Shown here in pieces: positions 30,357-43,491 of a stretch of 64,000 nt of DNA. This stretch comes from Octopus vulgaris (lineage: Eukaryota). The notes beneath the pieces are model-generated. The model was not told the origin of the DNA, did no database searches, and saw only the letters and a list, made by a program, of their open reading frames with translations. Every line of letters begins with the position of its first letter. Within the stretch, counting starts at the first letter, position 1. Position numbers and translations under genes: made by a program. Where the stretch lies: positions 11,780,001-11,844,000 of the forward strand of contig OX597836.1 in assembly GCA_951406725.2 (NCBI GenBank), given 5' to 3'.

Positions 30357-30588
30357 CGCAGGCAATTTATCAACGTCGATTGTAGAATGAAGGTCCGATG
30401 TAATGTGCACGGGTCGGCAAAAGTATTGGTCAGGCAATGCATTAGTTGTTGTGTTGTTACGTATTGCCTGACCAATACTTTTGCCGACCCGTGCACATTA
30501 CATCGGACCTTCATTCTACAATCGACGTTGATAAATTGCCTGCGGCAAAAGTATTGGTCAGGCAATACGTTAGTTGTTGTGTTGTTAG
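30357..30588. repeat. Perfect 82-bp-arm palindrome plus a partial third copy
   Basis: Arms 30357-30438 and 30463-30544; 30543-30588 repeats the arm end and the loop. Confidence 0.95.
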
Positions 30589-30589
30589 T

Positions 30590-30973
30590 GGAGGCGCAAT
30601 GGCCCAGTGGTTATGGCAGCGGACTCGCGGTCATAGGATCGCGGTTTCGATTCCCAGACCGGGCATTGTGAGTGTTTATTGAGCGAAAACACCTAAAAGC
30701 TCCACGAGGCTCCGGCAGGGGATGGTGGTGATCCCTGCTGTACTCTTTCACCACAACTTTCTCTCACTCTTTCTTCCTGTTTCTGTTGTACCTGTATTTC
30801 AAAGGGCCGGCCTTGTCATTCTCTGTGTCACGCTGAATATCCCCGAGAACTACGTAAAGGGTACACGTGTCTGTGGAGTGCTCAGCCACTTACACGTTAA
30901 TTTCACGAGCAGGCTGTTCCGTTGATTCGGATCAACCGGAACCCTCCTCGTCGTAACCGACGGAGTGCTTCCA
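30590..30973 (+). mobile_element. SINE-C (tRNA-Arg-like head)
   Basis: GGAGGCGCAATGGCCCAGTGGTTA..GCAGCGGACTCGCG...GGTTTCGATTCCC, with A- and B-box-like motifs and a TCG anticodon-like triplet. Five near-full copies in the window. Confidence 0.9.
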
Positions 30974-31000
30974 GTACAGTACTAACCTACATCATCTGAA

Positions 31001-31382
31001 GAGGCGCAATGGCCCAGTGGTTAGGGCAGCGGACTCGCGGTCGGAGGATCGCGGTTTCGATTCCCAGGCCGGGCATTGTGAGTGTTTATTGAGCGAAAAC
31101 ACCTAAAAGCTCCACGAGGCTCCAGCAGGGGATGGTCGTGATCCCTGCTGTACTCTTTCACCACAACTTTCTCTCGCTCTTTCTTCCTGTTTCTCTTGTA
31201 CCTGTATTTCAAAGGGCCGGCCTTGTCACACTCTGTGTCACGCTGAATCTCCTCGAGAACTATTTAAGGGTACACGTGTCTGTGGAGTGCTCAGCCACTT
31301 GCACGTTAATATCACGAGCAAGCTGTTCTGTTGATCGTATCAGCTGGGACCCTCATCGTCACAACCGACGGAGTGCTCCTAC
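31001..31382 (+). mobile_element. SINE-C, variant 3' end
   Basis: Tandem with the previous copy across a 27-bp spacer. Confidence 0.9.
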
Positions 31383-31628
31383 CTGTGTTGTTAATGTGGT
31401 GAAAACAATGTGAACGGTTTACGAGAAATGGAACTCGTGTTATAGATATTTGCTCTCTGCACTTTAATTTAGCATACTGCCACGTGTATTATCTCATTGT
31501 ACGTGTCTTTGAATATAAGAAACTCTCGTGTGATTCCAACGCGATTCTGGACGATATCTGACTCATCCATAGTCACGCGTATCAGCTAAATGTCCTAATT
31601 TGATCGTATAATCTACATTATCAAACAA

Positions 31629-32015
31629 GGCGGCGAACTGGCAGAATCATTAGCACGCCGGACGAAATGCTTAGCGATATTTCGTCTGCTACTATGTTCT
31701 GTGTTCAAATTCCGCCGAGGTCGACTTTGCCTTTCATCCTTTCGGGGTCGATAAATTAAGTACCAGTTACGCACTGGGGTCGATATAATCGACTTAATCC
31801 GTTTGTCTGTCCTTGTTTGTCTTCTCTATGTTTAGCCCCTTGTGGGTAGTAAAGAAATAGGTGTTTCGTCTGCTACTACGTTCTGAGTTCAAATTCCGCC
31901 GGGATCGACTTTACCTCTCATCCTTTCGGAATCGATTGAATAAGTATCAGGTACGCACTGGGATCGATGTAATCGACTTAATCCCTTCTCCCAAATTTGA
32001 GCCCATGTGCTTCTT
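31629..32015 (+). mobile_element. SINE-B dimer
   Basis: Head plus two bodies. Confidence 0.9.
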
Positions 32016-32056
32016 TTAGAAAAGATTATCTATACCCTTAAAACAAGGCGATTCGG

Positions 32057-32583
32057 GGGTGAAATGTATGGAAACAGAAAAGATTGAGAAATACCAGCCA
32101 CTGCGGGACGAGATAGGAAAGTTATGGGGCATGAGGAAAGAAATGGTGATACCAGTGGTAATTGGTGCATTGGGAATGGAAGCACTCCGTCGGTTACGAC
32201 GACGAGGGTTCCGGTTGATCCGAATCAACGGAACAGCCTGCTCGTGAAATTAACGTGTAAGTGGCTGAGCACTCCACAGACACGTGTACCCTTAACGTAG
32301 TTCTCGGGGATATTCAGTGTGACACAGAGAGTGACAAGGCCGGCCCTTTGAAATACAGGTACAACAGAAACAGGAAGTCAAGAGCGAGAGAAAGTTGTGG
32401 TGAAAGAGTACAGCAGGGATCACCACCATCCCCTGCCGGAGCCTCGTGGAGCTTTTTTAGGTGTTTTCGCTCAATAAACACTCACAACGCCCGGTCTGGG
32501 AATCGAAACCGCGAGTCCGCTGCCCTAACCACTGGGTCATTGCGCCTCCAATTGGTGCATTAGGAGCAGTTTCCAAGGGCATT
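32057..32583 (+). pseudogene. R4/Dong-like RLE C-terminal relic interrupted by a SINE-C insertion
   Basis: EKIEKYQPLRDEIGKLWGMRKEMVIPVVIGALG, then the SINE, then GAVSKG resumes after the TSD. Confidence 0.8.
32177..32549 (-). mobile_element. SINE-C with 16-bp TSD
   Basis: AATTGGTGCATTRGGA at 32160-32175 and 32550-32565. Confidence 0.92.
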
Positions 32584-32922
32584 TGTTGTGGGAAAGAGAA
32601 ATTTAGTTTAAATAAATAATACATTCCGCAGGTGCATTGCGTGCACTTGTCCCATTTTGTTGACGAACTAGGACATGTGGACATGCAATTCAATATACAT
32701 GTGTATATATATATATGATGCATGTATGTATATGTATGTGTATGCAAGTGTGCATGTAAATGTACATGTATTTATGAGTAAATGTGTATGTATATATTTG
32801 CACGCACACACACATACACACATACACACATATATATATACACACATATATGCAAAAATATACATATGTGTGTGTATATATATGCATATGTCTGTGCGTG
32901 TGTGTGTCTGTGTATCTATGTT

Positions 32923-32961
<39 letters not shown>

Positions 32962-33025
32962 ATATAATACACATATATGCAAATATATATATATACATAT
33001 GAATATAATACACATATATGCAAAA

Positions 33026-33057
<32 letters not shown>

Positions 33058-33080
33058 GTGTGTGCGTGTGTGTTTCTGTG

Positions 33081-33111
<31 letters not shown>

Positions 33112-33140
33112 ATGTCTACATATATTTATATATGTGTGTA

Positions 33141-33187
<47 letters not shown>

Positions 33188-33747
33188 ATATATGTATATA
33201 TGTATATTTACATGCATATATATACACACACATACATGCATATATATATATTATATAGTTATACACTTCTACACACTCACAAGGTTACAGATATATGTAT
33301 GAATGTGTGTGTACATACACACACACACATACACACACACACACGTATACATTCGTATGCAAACATAGTATTATATTACATCTTAATTATTTAATTTCTC
33401 CTTAACAATTATATCGATGTTACTCTAAATAAACATTCTCTATCGTTATGACATCAGAGCACATCTTTTGTAATCTATATAACCAAACTTATTACCGGAA
33501 AATTACATGATTAGTGCAAATATACCAGTAATTAGACATGAATGGAATGCGATATGATCTCTGGCTATTAGGCGACGTGTGGGTTGATGTTGAAGGATCG
33601 CAAAAAATGCTATCATGTCGGATTAAGTAAAACGTTTTAATGCCGGATTGCATAAATACCTTATAGTGAATCGACGAGGAAGATTCATGTAGAATCTTCC
33701 TTGCTGGTTCGATATGCTAGAAATAGCAGTTTGTGTGTGTGTGTGCG

Positions 33748-33802
<55 letters not shown>

Positions 33803-33814
33803 GTGTGTACTTGT

Positions 33815-34255
33815 GAGTGTGTGTTTGTCTTTCCCCCCCAACAACATCGCTCGACAACTGATGCTGGTGTATTTACGTCCCCGTAACTTAGCGGTACCCT
33901 TATTGAAATTGCGTTAAACAAAAATAATGCTTATGGGAGCCACCTGATGCCGTTTATTTCTAGCTTTCAAAACGACCACTTAGGAGATGAGCTACTTTTA
34001 AGTTTCTTTAAAAGTGATAGAGAAAGAGAGACAGAGACAGACAGACAGACAGATATTAAGACTACAATAAAATAATGGAAGAAATTTGTATTCAAGTGTT
34101 AGTATTGTACTCTCCTTTCTACAAAGATACCTTTCAGAGAATTTTCGAGATTAAGTACTAGGCTTACACAGAATAAGTCCTGGGGTCGATTTGATCGACT
34201 AAAGTCGGTGCTCCAGCATGGCCACAGTCAAATGACTGAAACAAGTAAAAGAGAG
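33815..34255 (+). mobile_element. SINE-A split into 33815-33895 and 34152-34255
   Basis: Core and tail are separated by about 255 bp of unrelated sequence. Confidence 0.7.
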
Positions 34256-34506
34256 TATCATAAATTTCATAGGTAAAATATTTTTCTGAGAACGAACTAC
34301 GCTTTATAACATTGCTAGTATGGGGAATTATTGCTTTGCTTTACGAGTTTTCGCTTTCCGGGTAAAAATTAACTCGTATATCGAGGTATTTCTGAATGAG
34401 ACTGCAGGTAAGCCAAACGTCGTCCAGAGTTTAAGAGTTTCCTTTATTCAAAACACAAACACTTACAAGGACATATAAACACAACAGAGAGCAAATGTAG
34501 AAAGCA

Positions 34507-35117
34507 TGTATTTCTTATTTCTTTATTGCCCACAAGGGGCTAAACATAGAGGAGACAAACAAGAACAGACAAACGGATTAAGTCGATTACATCGACCCCA
34601 GTGCACAACTGGTAGTTATTTTATCGACCCCGAAAGGATGAAAGGCAAAGTCGACCTCGGCAGAATTTGAACTCAGAACGTAACGGCAGACGAAACACCT
34701 GTTTCTTTACTACCCACAAGGGGCTAAACACAGAGTGGAGAAACAAGGACAGACAAAGGGATTATGTCGATTACATCGACGCCAGTGCGTAACTGGTACT
34801 TAATTTATCGACCCCCGAAAGGATGAAAGGCAAAGTCGACCTCGGCGGAATTTGAACTCAGAACGTAATGGCAGACGAAACACCTATTTCTTTACTACCC
34901 ACAAGGGGCTAAACACAGAGAGGACAAACAAGGACAGACAAACAGATTAAGTCGATTATATCTACCCCAGTGCGTAACTGGTACTTAATTTATCGACCCC
35001 GAAAGGATGAAAGGCAAAGTCGACCTCGGCGGAATTTTGAACTCAGAACGTAACGGCAGACGAAATACTGCTAAGCATTTCGATCGGCGTGCTAACGTTT
35101 CTACCAGCTCGCCGCCT
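34507..35117 (-). mobile_element. SINE-B trimer ending in linker-type tail
   Basis: Head plus three body-linker units. Confidence 0.9.
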
Positions 35118-35735
35118 ATTTCAGTTTCCATAAGCAGTTTACATTGTTTCTTTGGGTTTTTTTTTTTAACACACTGCTAAGAACTAGAGCATTAGCCGAG
35201 CGATCACTTAGCCGACCCATGCGCATTAATCATGCCGTACCTCCGTTCAACAACGGGCGCTGATTGATCGTCAGTGGTTGCTTTACTCTAAAAGCAAGCT
35301 CTGTATCCAACTGTCTGTCTTTTAGTAAGTTGGCTTCTGAAGTTGATTCTAATAAAATAACAGATTACGTAACAAGCATGAAGTCTAGACGAAAGTGAGT
35401 GTTGTAGTAAGAATCAGACATTCTTTCTTTTACGTTCGATTGTCATGTCGAAATGTAAAAATAATAAAAATAACTATCTTTGTTGTAATTTGGTGTCACA
35501 TCTCACACAGATTGACGGAAAACACTGTCAATGAACATACGATGTTTTTCTCTTTGTTTTGATTATCGAAACAATATAAGTGTCTGCGCTAACTTGGTTT
35601 TGATTGTGATATTTCTTTTTAAAATTTTAGTTATGCAATGAGAATTGTGTGAATCTCAAATTATTTGCAAAAAAACACTAACGCGTTTCCGTGCTCATGT
35701 TTCCGAGGATTTGAACTTAGCTACGTTTCTATATA

Positions 35736-35955
35736 CTCTCTTTTACTCTTTTACTTGTTTCAGTCATTTGACTGCGGCCATGCTGCAGCACCGCCTTTAA
35801 TCGAGCAAATCGACCCCGGGACTTATTCTTTTGCAAGCCTAGTGCTTATTCTATCGGTCTCTTTTGCCGAACCGCTAAGTGACGGGGACATAAACACACC
35901 AGCATCGGTTGTCAAGCAATGCTAGGGGGACAAACACAGATACACAAACACACAC

Positions 35956-36000
<45 letters not shown>

Positions 36001-36153
36001 TACGACAGGCTTCTTTCAGTTTCCGTCTACCAAATCCACTCACAAGGCATTGGTCGGCCCGGGGCTATAGCAGAAGTCACTTGCCCAAGATGCCACGCAG
36101 TGGGACTGAACCCGGAACCATGTGGTTGGTTAGCATGCTACTTACCACACAGC

Positions 36154-36156
<3 letters not shown>
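35736..36156 (-). mobile_element. SINE-A
   Basis: Colinear with the reference copy. Confidence 0.9.
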
Positions 36157-36190
<34 letters not shown>

Positions 36191-36217
36191 GCATATGCAT
36201 ATAATATACATATATGC

Positions 36218-36277
<60 letters not shown>

Positions 36278-36556
36278 TGAATGTATGTGTATGTATTTAA
36301 TTAGAAAGGCAGTTCTCCGACCTGGTTTCTGATGGTCGCTAAATGATATTAACTCATTTGATTCCCACAAAGCGTAGCTCTTCTCGCGTTACATTTAATT
36401 TTCTCTTTATGTCCTCCATTTTGTCTAAATACATTCCACTCGCATTCACTCTCTCAGGGCATGACTTCAGAAGCGTGCAGATTTGTTTCCTTATATAATT
36501 TTTGGAAAATTGATATCTTTGAATTATGTTTCCCTTAACTTTATTTCAGATGATGT

Positions 36557-36938
36557 GGAAGCACTCCGTCGGTTACGACGATGAGGGTTCCGGCTGATCC
36601 GAATCAACGGAACAGCCTGCTCGTGAAATTAACGTGTAAGTGGCTGAGCACTCCACAGACACGTGTACCCTTAACGTAGTTCTCGGGGATATTCAGCGTG
36701 ACACAGAGAGTGACAAGGCCGGCCCTTTGAAATACAGGCACAACAGAAACAGGAAGTAAGAGTGAGAGAAAGTTGTGGTGAAAGAGTACAGCAGGGATCA
36801 CCACCATCCCCTACCGGAGCCTCGTGGAGCTTTTAGGTGTTTTCGCTCAATAAACACTCACAACGCCTGGTCTGGGAATCGAAACCGCGATCCTACGACC
36901 GCGAGTCCGCTGCCCTAACCACTGGGCCATTGCGCCTC
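36557..36938 (-). mobile_element. SINE-C with 12-bp TSD
   Basis: TTCAGATGATGT at 36545-36556 and 36939-36950. Confidence 0.92.
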
Positions 36939-36962
36939 TTCAGATGATGTAGGTTAGTACTG

Positions 36963-37101
36963 TACGAAGTGGGTTGATAGTTCTTTCACAGGGTTTGCAA
37001 AAAAACTGAAGGACCGCTGCAATAGGTGTGTGAATCTGAGAGGGGAATATGCTGAATAAAATCATAATTAACTGATCCTCCTGTATTTTCTATCACCCCC
37101 A
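36963..37101 (+). mobile_element. Internally deleted mariner
   Basis: Left TIR TACGAAGTGGGTTGATAG; degenerate right TIR CTATCACCCCAC. 36991-37059 encodes GFAKKLKDRCNRCVNLRGEYAE* (mariner C-terminus). Confidence 0.7.
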
Positions 37102-37258
37102 CATTTGATAATTAGTTGAAAAAATCTTTTCCAATGTGGGGAGATTTTCGGATAATTCATAAAGCTTGTCTTTATTTCCTCGTAACTTTATTCCACTGGA
37201 AAATACTCTTTTTACTCTTTTACTCTTTTACTTGTTTCAGTCATATATATATATATAT

Positions 37259-37865
<607 letters not shown>

Positions 37866-38929
37866 GATATTCGTACGTAATATTATCTTTTCTAAATTGA
37901 TCATATCCATGGATTAAATATACAACGAAAAAAACTCTGATAATTAATCATCGTCAATCAAGTAATTAAATATATTATTCACCAGTAATTAGAAATTATC
38001 CATCAGCTAATTATATACAATGATTCAACTGTTGCGCTTTCAGCTCGTATGTGTGTGCGTGTATGTATGTGTGTTTGTGTATTTGTGTGCATACTCACGT
38101 ACACAACAAAACCGTCTTTTGGCTAGAAAGTCAATCACGTGACAGTATCGGCATGACGTCATACGATCAACCGAAACCAATCCTTATCTCTTTCTGATGT
38201 TTATTTACATAATAACAAGGCTAATTAACTTAGGACTACAGAACGCTCGTTTCGATCAAATAAATGCTTAAATAACTCGTAGCTTTGTATTGCTTCCAAG
38301 AGGGTTGTTTGTTTAGCCTGGCCTTGGGTGTGTGTGCGTGTATTTATGCATATATACATAATTGATTATATATATATTGTTATATTTCGGAATGGTCATT
38401 TTACCAGTTTAGCCAATAAAAACACACGCACTATATATTTGGTGTTACTTTGCTTCAGTGTAATTTATTTTTTACATTAATCTTAATCTTATTTCGGCCA
38501 GAGTTCTTTCGTCACACTCCTGTGACCGCATCAGTGGTCCTTTGTTTTGTTTTCTTCTTTCTTATTTGTGTCTCTCCTTACTAACCGTCAGCCATTTTGT
38601 ATTTCTATTGTGTGTCTTCATTTGCGCATGCTTATATCTCTATGTGCGTCTATGTTTATTTTGTGTGTGTATGTGGGGGATGCCTGTAATATTTGTATCT
38701 TCTGTTTATATACGTTCATGTAATTTTTGTTGTTGTTGCTTTTGTTTATTCTTATTTTGTTCATGTGTTTACATCCCTTTATTATTATCATTACATATGC
38801 TTGTATGTATGTATGTATAACAACAATACTAGTAATAATAATAATAAATAAAAAATATATATATATAGTTATTTATTTCTATTTGTTTATTTATCTGTGT
38901 ATTTATTATGTTTTCGGGATCCTCTACCG

Positions 38930-39667
38930 TCATATGTTGTGGTGTGTGCTATTGTTCCATTCTAGTTTTCTATTCAGGCTAGGTTTATTTTCTATTATGT
39001 GTGTAGCTTCTGTAATTTGTCTGATTGTTGCATCTGTTTTATGTGTGGACAATATTTTAATTTCTATGTTGTTGATTGATCCCCCGTGTTCCTGTTCGGC
39101 GTGTTGGTACAGAATCGATGAGCTTTTACCTTCCTTGAGTTGTCTCCAATTTTCATTTACCCGCTCTCCTATGCTTCTTGCCGTTTCCCCTACGTATGTT
39201 GTTGTCTTGTTACTGCATCGTCCCTCTATACATCTTATACTATAGACTACATTTCTGGCTTTACAGTTTGTTTGTGGGCTGAATCTATATACAGTACAGT
39301 ACTTATCAGTACAGGGGGTTCTACTAAAAGGATAGGTTCTACCAATTATAGATTTGATAGGGTTGCTTGGCTTTTCAACAACCTTAATCCTTAGCTTAAA
39401 TTTGTCTAGGGTCCTTCTAAAGCGGTACGCCAATTCACCTCCAGGGGTGGTGTCAACGAACATGACACTCTGGTATTTATGGCTGTCATACCAAGAGTTG
39501 GCCTTCCCTATTTTCTTTTTTGTCCTTTCTATAGTGTTCCATGACTTGTTCCTATAGAGTGGGCAAATCCCATTCCTATCATTACATAATATATTATCAA
39601 ATTTCTTCATGGCTCCTTTGTATACTCTGATCCTTTCTTTATGGCTGTAACCTGAGAACTGCATATA
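38930..39667 (-). mobile_element. 5'-truncated Penelope-like retroelement ORF (RT C-terminus, Cys-rich linker, GIY-YIG endonuclease), probably Neptune-like
   Basis: Uninterrupted ORF with SGYS..R, PLYR..W, SVMFVDTTPGGEL, C-x4-C linker, NVVYSIRC...YVGETARSIGER, LYQHAEQEH, RQITEA...LNRKLEW, which is the PLE GIY-YIG pattern. The leading MCLLR of the listed ORF comes from a fused repeat. Clade assignment is from memory. Confidence 0.9.
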
Positions 39668-39851
39668 CCGGAGTAAACACATAAATGTAAAACAAGGTGG
39701 AAAAAAGAGTACTCAAATACCAGGGGTAGAGTAATATGCTTTATTTAAAAGCAGCAGAAATTCAACAAAACCTGTTACTCGGAGTCCGTCGAACGGGAAC
39801 GTGAAACTCCAAGTAACAGGTTTTGTTGAATTTCTGCTGCTTTTAAATAAA

Positions 39852-39857
<6 letters not shown>
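39668..39857. mobile_element. pLTR-like repeat with fold-back palindrome fused to the 5' end of the PLE ORF
   Basis: Arms 39739-39785 and 39806-39852 are inverted with 1 mismatch around a 20-bp centre. The segment ttttccaccttgtt.cacatttatgtgtttactccggt recurs on the opposite strand at about 28650-28689. Confidence 0.7.
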
Positions 39858-39895
<38 letters not shown>

Positions 39896-39911
39896 CTCTC
39901 TCTCTCTCTCT

Positions 39912-40110
39912 CTCTCTTACTTGTTTCAGTCATTTGACTGCGGCCATGCTGGAGCACCGCCTTTACTCGAAGAAACCGACCACAGGACTTATTCTTTGCA
40001 AGCCTAGTACTTATTCTATCGGTCTATTTTGCCGAACCGTTAAGTTACGGGGACGTAAACACACCAACATCGGTTGTCAAGTGATGTTGTAGGCCAAACA
40101 CAGATACACA
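39912..40110 (-). mobile_element. SINE-A 3' half
   Basis: Tail and core match. Confidence 0.85.
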
Positions 40111-40756
40111 AACATATCCACACACAAACCTATACACATACATACATACATAGATATGTATGCGGTATTCGTTCTGTTTGTTCATGTTTTTTTCCGTTCT
40201 GAGTTCAAATACTGCCGAAGTCGACTTTGCCCTTTTTCGGACGAGCAGGGTGTAATTTAAAAGAAATGTGACTGCTATTTCTAGCACGGGGAGCAACCAA
40301 CTAGAAGCTCTTTATTGGCTCGACGATGGCTGATGCTTTTGAAGTCGCTTCTTGACTTCCGTTTTATTGTGTCGTCTGCTTTAACGAAATTTTAAACGTG
40401 AGAATGATAAACTTAAATTATGTTCGTGTGTGTGTATGTGTGCGTCTGTTCTTGTTGTTGCATATATGTATATTTTTGTGAATGTATGTGTACCTAGAGT
40501 CGCATAACTGTATATGTGTCAAAGAGTAATTTTAGTTTATAAAAACAGCGAATTGAGGCGATTAGTCTAGTCATGGCATTCCTGGCATTCTCCGTTTTTT
40601 TTTATTTGTTTGTTATTATGTTTATTATTACTTGACAGAGAGGAAACAAGTAAACATATGGCGGTGCTCCAGCATGGCCACAGCTCGTGAGCTGAAACTA
40701 GATAAAATATAAAATATAAAATATAAAAATATAAAATATATATGTTGCCGCAAATG

Positions 40757-40930
40757 CTTCTTCTTCTTCTTCTTCATCTTCTTCTTCTTCTTCTTCTTCT
40801 TCTTCTTCTTCTTCTTCTTCCTTCTTCTTCTTCTTCTTCTTCTTCTTCTTCTTCTTCTTCTTCTTCTTCTTCTTCTTCTTCTTCTTCTTCTTCTTCTTCT
40901 TCTTCTTCTTCTTCTTCTTCTTCTTCTTCC
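40757..40930. repeat. (TTC)n microsatellite
   Basis: Direct. Confidence 0.98.
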
Positions 40931-40949
40931 TCTTCCTCCAATCAGGACT

Positions 40950-41100
40950 CACGCCATTAGCCACAAAGAATAAACTCTAATTCAAGCCTACTCTAAGCTA
41001 CTAAGAATACGTGTGGCAACTTGAATATGAAGATCCACCCACCATCACACACAATAGACTGGCGGTTGCACGGGCACGAAAGCTACGTTGTTATCCTCAT
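40950..41100 (+). pseudogene. Possible PLE GIY-YIG C-terminal relic
   Basis: TLSY*EYVWQLEYEDPPTI resembles the recalled T.LSKY+W.LK motif, also seen in the 52.4 kb relic. Short match. Confidence 0.3.
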
Positions 41101-41140
41101 TCCGTAAACGGTGGCTTTTACCGGGTGGAGAGCTGAACCA

Positions 41141-41839
41141 TTTAGTTTAACGAGTAAATGAACCCGCCAGGTGCAATCGTCTTCAGCAGGAACACCTAAG
41201 GTTAAATGTATACACACGAGGCGATCAAACTACTTGCCCCTTATTTATACGTCCTAACTTTTTTCAAAATCTACTGCACAGCCGCGGTCCTTCGCCAGCA
41301 ATAAATAATGCCAACTTTTAAGACCGAAAATTATCCAAAAACTTACAATATTTAATCATATCAAAGAGAAATGGAAATTAATTAAAATTTACATTTCCAG
41401 TGGTCTAACGGGTAAAAATTTAGTCCAAAAGACTATATATCAGTCATACGATATAGTGTACATTTAAACACATGTGGAATCCACTCATAGGATTCAACAC
41501 GCTAGGAAGAACAGCTAGGTCTATAACCAGAAAAATTAGGGATAAAATTAGGACGTATAAATAAGGGGCAAGAAGTTTGATCGCCTTGTGTATATACATT
41601 TAACCCTAGGTGTTCTTGCTAAAGACGATTGCACTTGGTGGATTCATTTACTCGCTAAACTAAAATCAGAAACCAATTGGTCCAGGAAACTAGATGGTAA
41701 AATGTTTTTATTTTTCATTTCGTTCCTATCGAATTTTATCCCTAAATTTTGCGGTTATAGAATCTAGCTGTTCTTTCTAGCGTGTTGAATTCTGTGAGTG
41801 GATTCCTCATGTGTTTAAATGTACACTATATCGTATGAC
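41141..41839. repeat. Two interlocked inverted repeats
   Basis: a 41141-41262 / a' 41544-41664; b 41443-41549 / b' 41732-41839; each about 90% identical by eye. Confidence 0.9.
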
Positions 41840-41956
41840 ATACATACATACATACATACATACATACATACATACATACATACATACATACATACATACA
41901 TACATACATACATACATGCATACGTGCATACATACATACATACATACATACATACA

Positions 41957-41988
<32 letters not shown>

Positions 41989-42353
41989 CGAGGTAGCTGG
42001 AAAGCCTTGCACACAAGGAGGACACCTTGTCGATGACTGAAATCGTTCGTAGTACAGGAGTATTAGAATTAATCGATAAACATGTGTGTGTGTATGTGTG
42101 TGTATGAGATGATAAATCAATCAATTTGTAAGTCTAATCAATCGGTACATGAGGACATTGCAGTCAAACAATACGTAATCAATCGATATATTTCAATTAA
42201 TCGATATATGATGAATGATAAAATCAGTTACTATATGAGGTCATTTAAATCATTCTGTATATAATACGGATGATAGATCAGTCGTTATATACGGGTGTTT
42301 AAATTAATCGACATCTACGAAATGATAAATTAATCGATATATAAGGACATTAA

Positions 42354-42900
42354 GGCGGCGAGCTGGCAGAATCGATAGCACGCCGGGAGAAAAGTTTAGC
42401 AGTATTTCACCTGCCACTACGTTCTGAGTTCAAATTCCGCCGAGGTCGACTTTGCCTTTCATCATTTCGGGGTCGATAAATTAAGTACCAGTTACGCACT
42501 GGGGTCGATATAATCGACTTAATCCGTTTGTCTGTCCTTGTTTGTCGTCTCTGTGTTTAGCCCCCTGTGGGTAGTAAAGAAATAGGTATTTCGTCTGCCG
42601 CTACGTTCTGAGTTCAAATTCCGCCGAGGTCGACTTTGCCTTTCATCATTTCGGTGTCGATAAATTAAGTACCAGTTACGCACCAGTTATGAGGACGTAA
42701 ACACACGAACACCGGCTGTCAAGCGGTGATGAGGAGATAAACACAGACACAAAGACACACACACACATATGCAGATATACAACAGGCTTCTTTTAGTTTC
42801 CGTTGCTCCAAGGTTTTAGTAAAAGACACTTGCCCATGGCGAACCCACCGGAACCATATGGTTGGGAAGCTAGCTTCTTACCATGCAGCCACGCGTGCGC
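42354..42900. mobile_element. SINE-B dimer (+, to about 42685) fused to partial SINE-A (-)
   Basis: Junction has a duplicated accagtta. Confidence 0.8.
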
Positions 42901-43375
42901 CTATATATATACATGTGCATACATACATACATACATACTAACACACACACATACATGTATTCATGTACAGTTCAGCTGGACCGCTGAACTCTACACGTCT
43001 TCTTTTATTTTCTCTCTGTTTATTTTCTCTTATTCCTTCCTGTTGAAGAGCGTAGGCTCGAAACATTAAAAAAACTTTTGCATATTTCCCAAACGTCAAA
43101 CTAATACACTTGCTTGTTGTTCATACACCTGTCTTCGTCTTTTGCTTTTCTATAAATTTCAATATGTGTGTGTGTGTGTGTGTGTGTGTGAGAGCGCGCG
43201 CATACGTACGTGTGTGTGTGTCTGTGTACGTAATTTTTTAACAATAATTAAATTCGTGCTCTGCCAAACTATGGAGTAATTCTTCAAATTACTGTAAAAT
43301 TGTTTTTCATAACTGAACATAAGACAAGGTGCTGTGCGGCATTTCATACGCCTTTACGTTATTATCATTATTATT

Positions 43376-43410
<35 letters not shown>

Positions 43411-43448
43411 TCATCATCATCATCATCATCATTATCACTATTATTATT

Positions 43449-43491
<43 letters not shown>

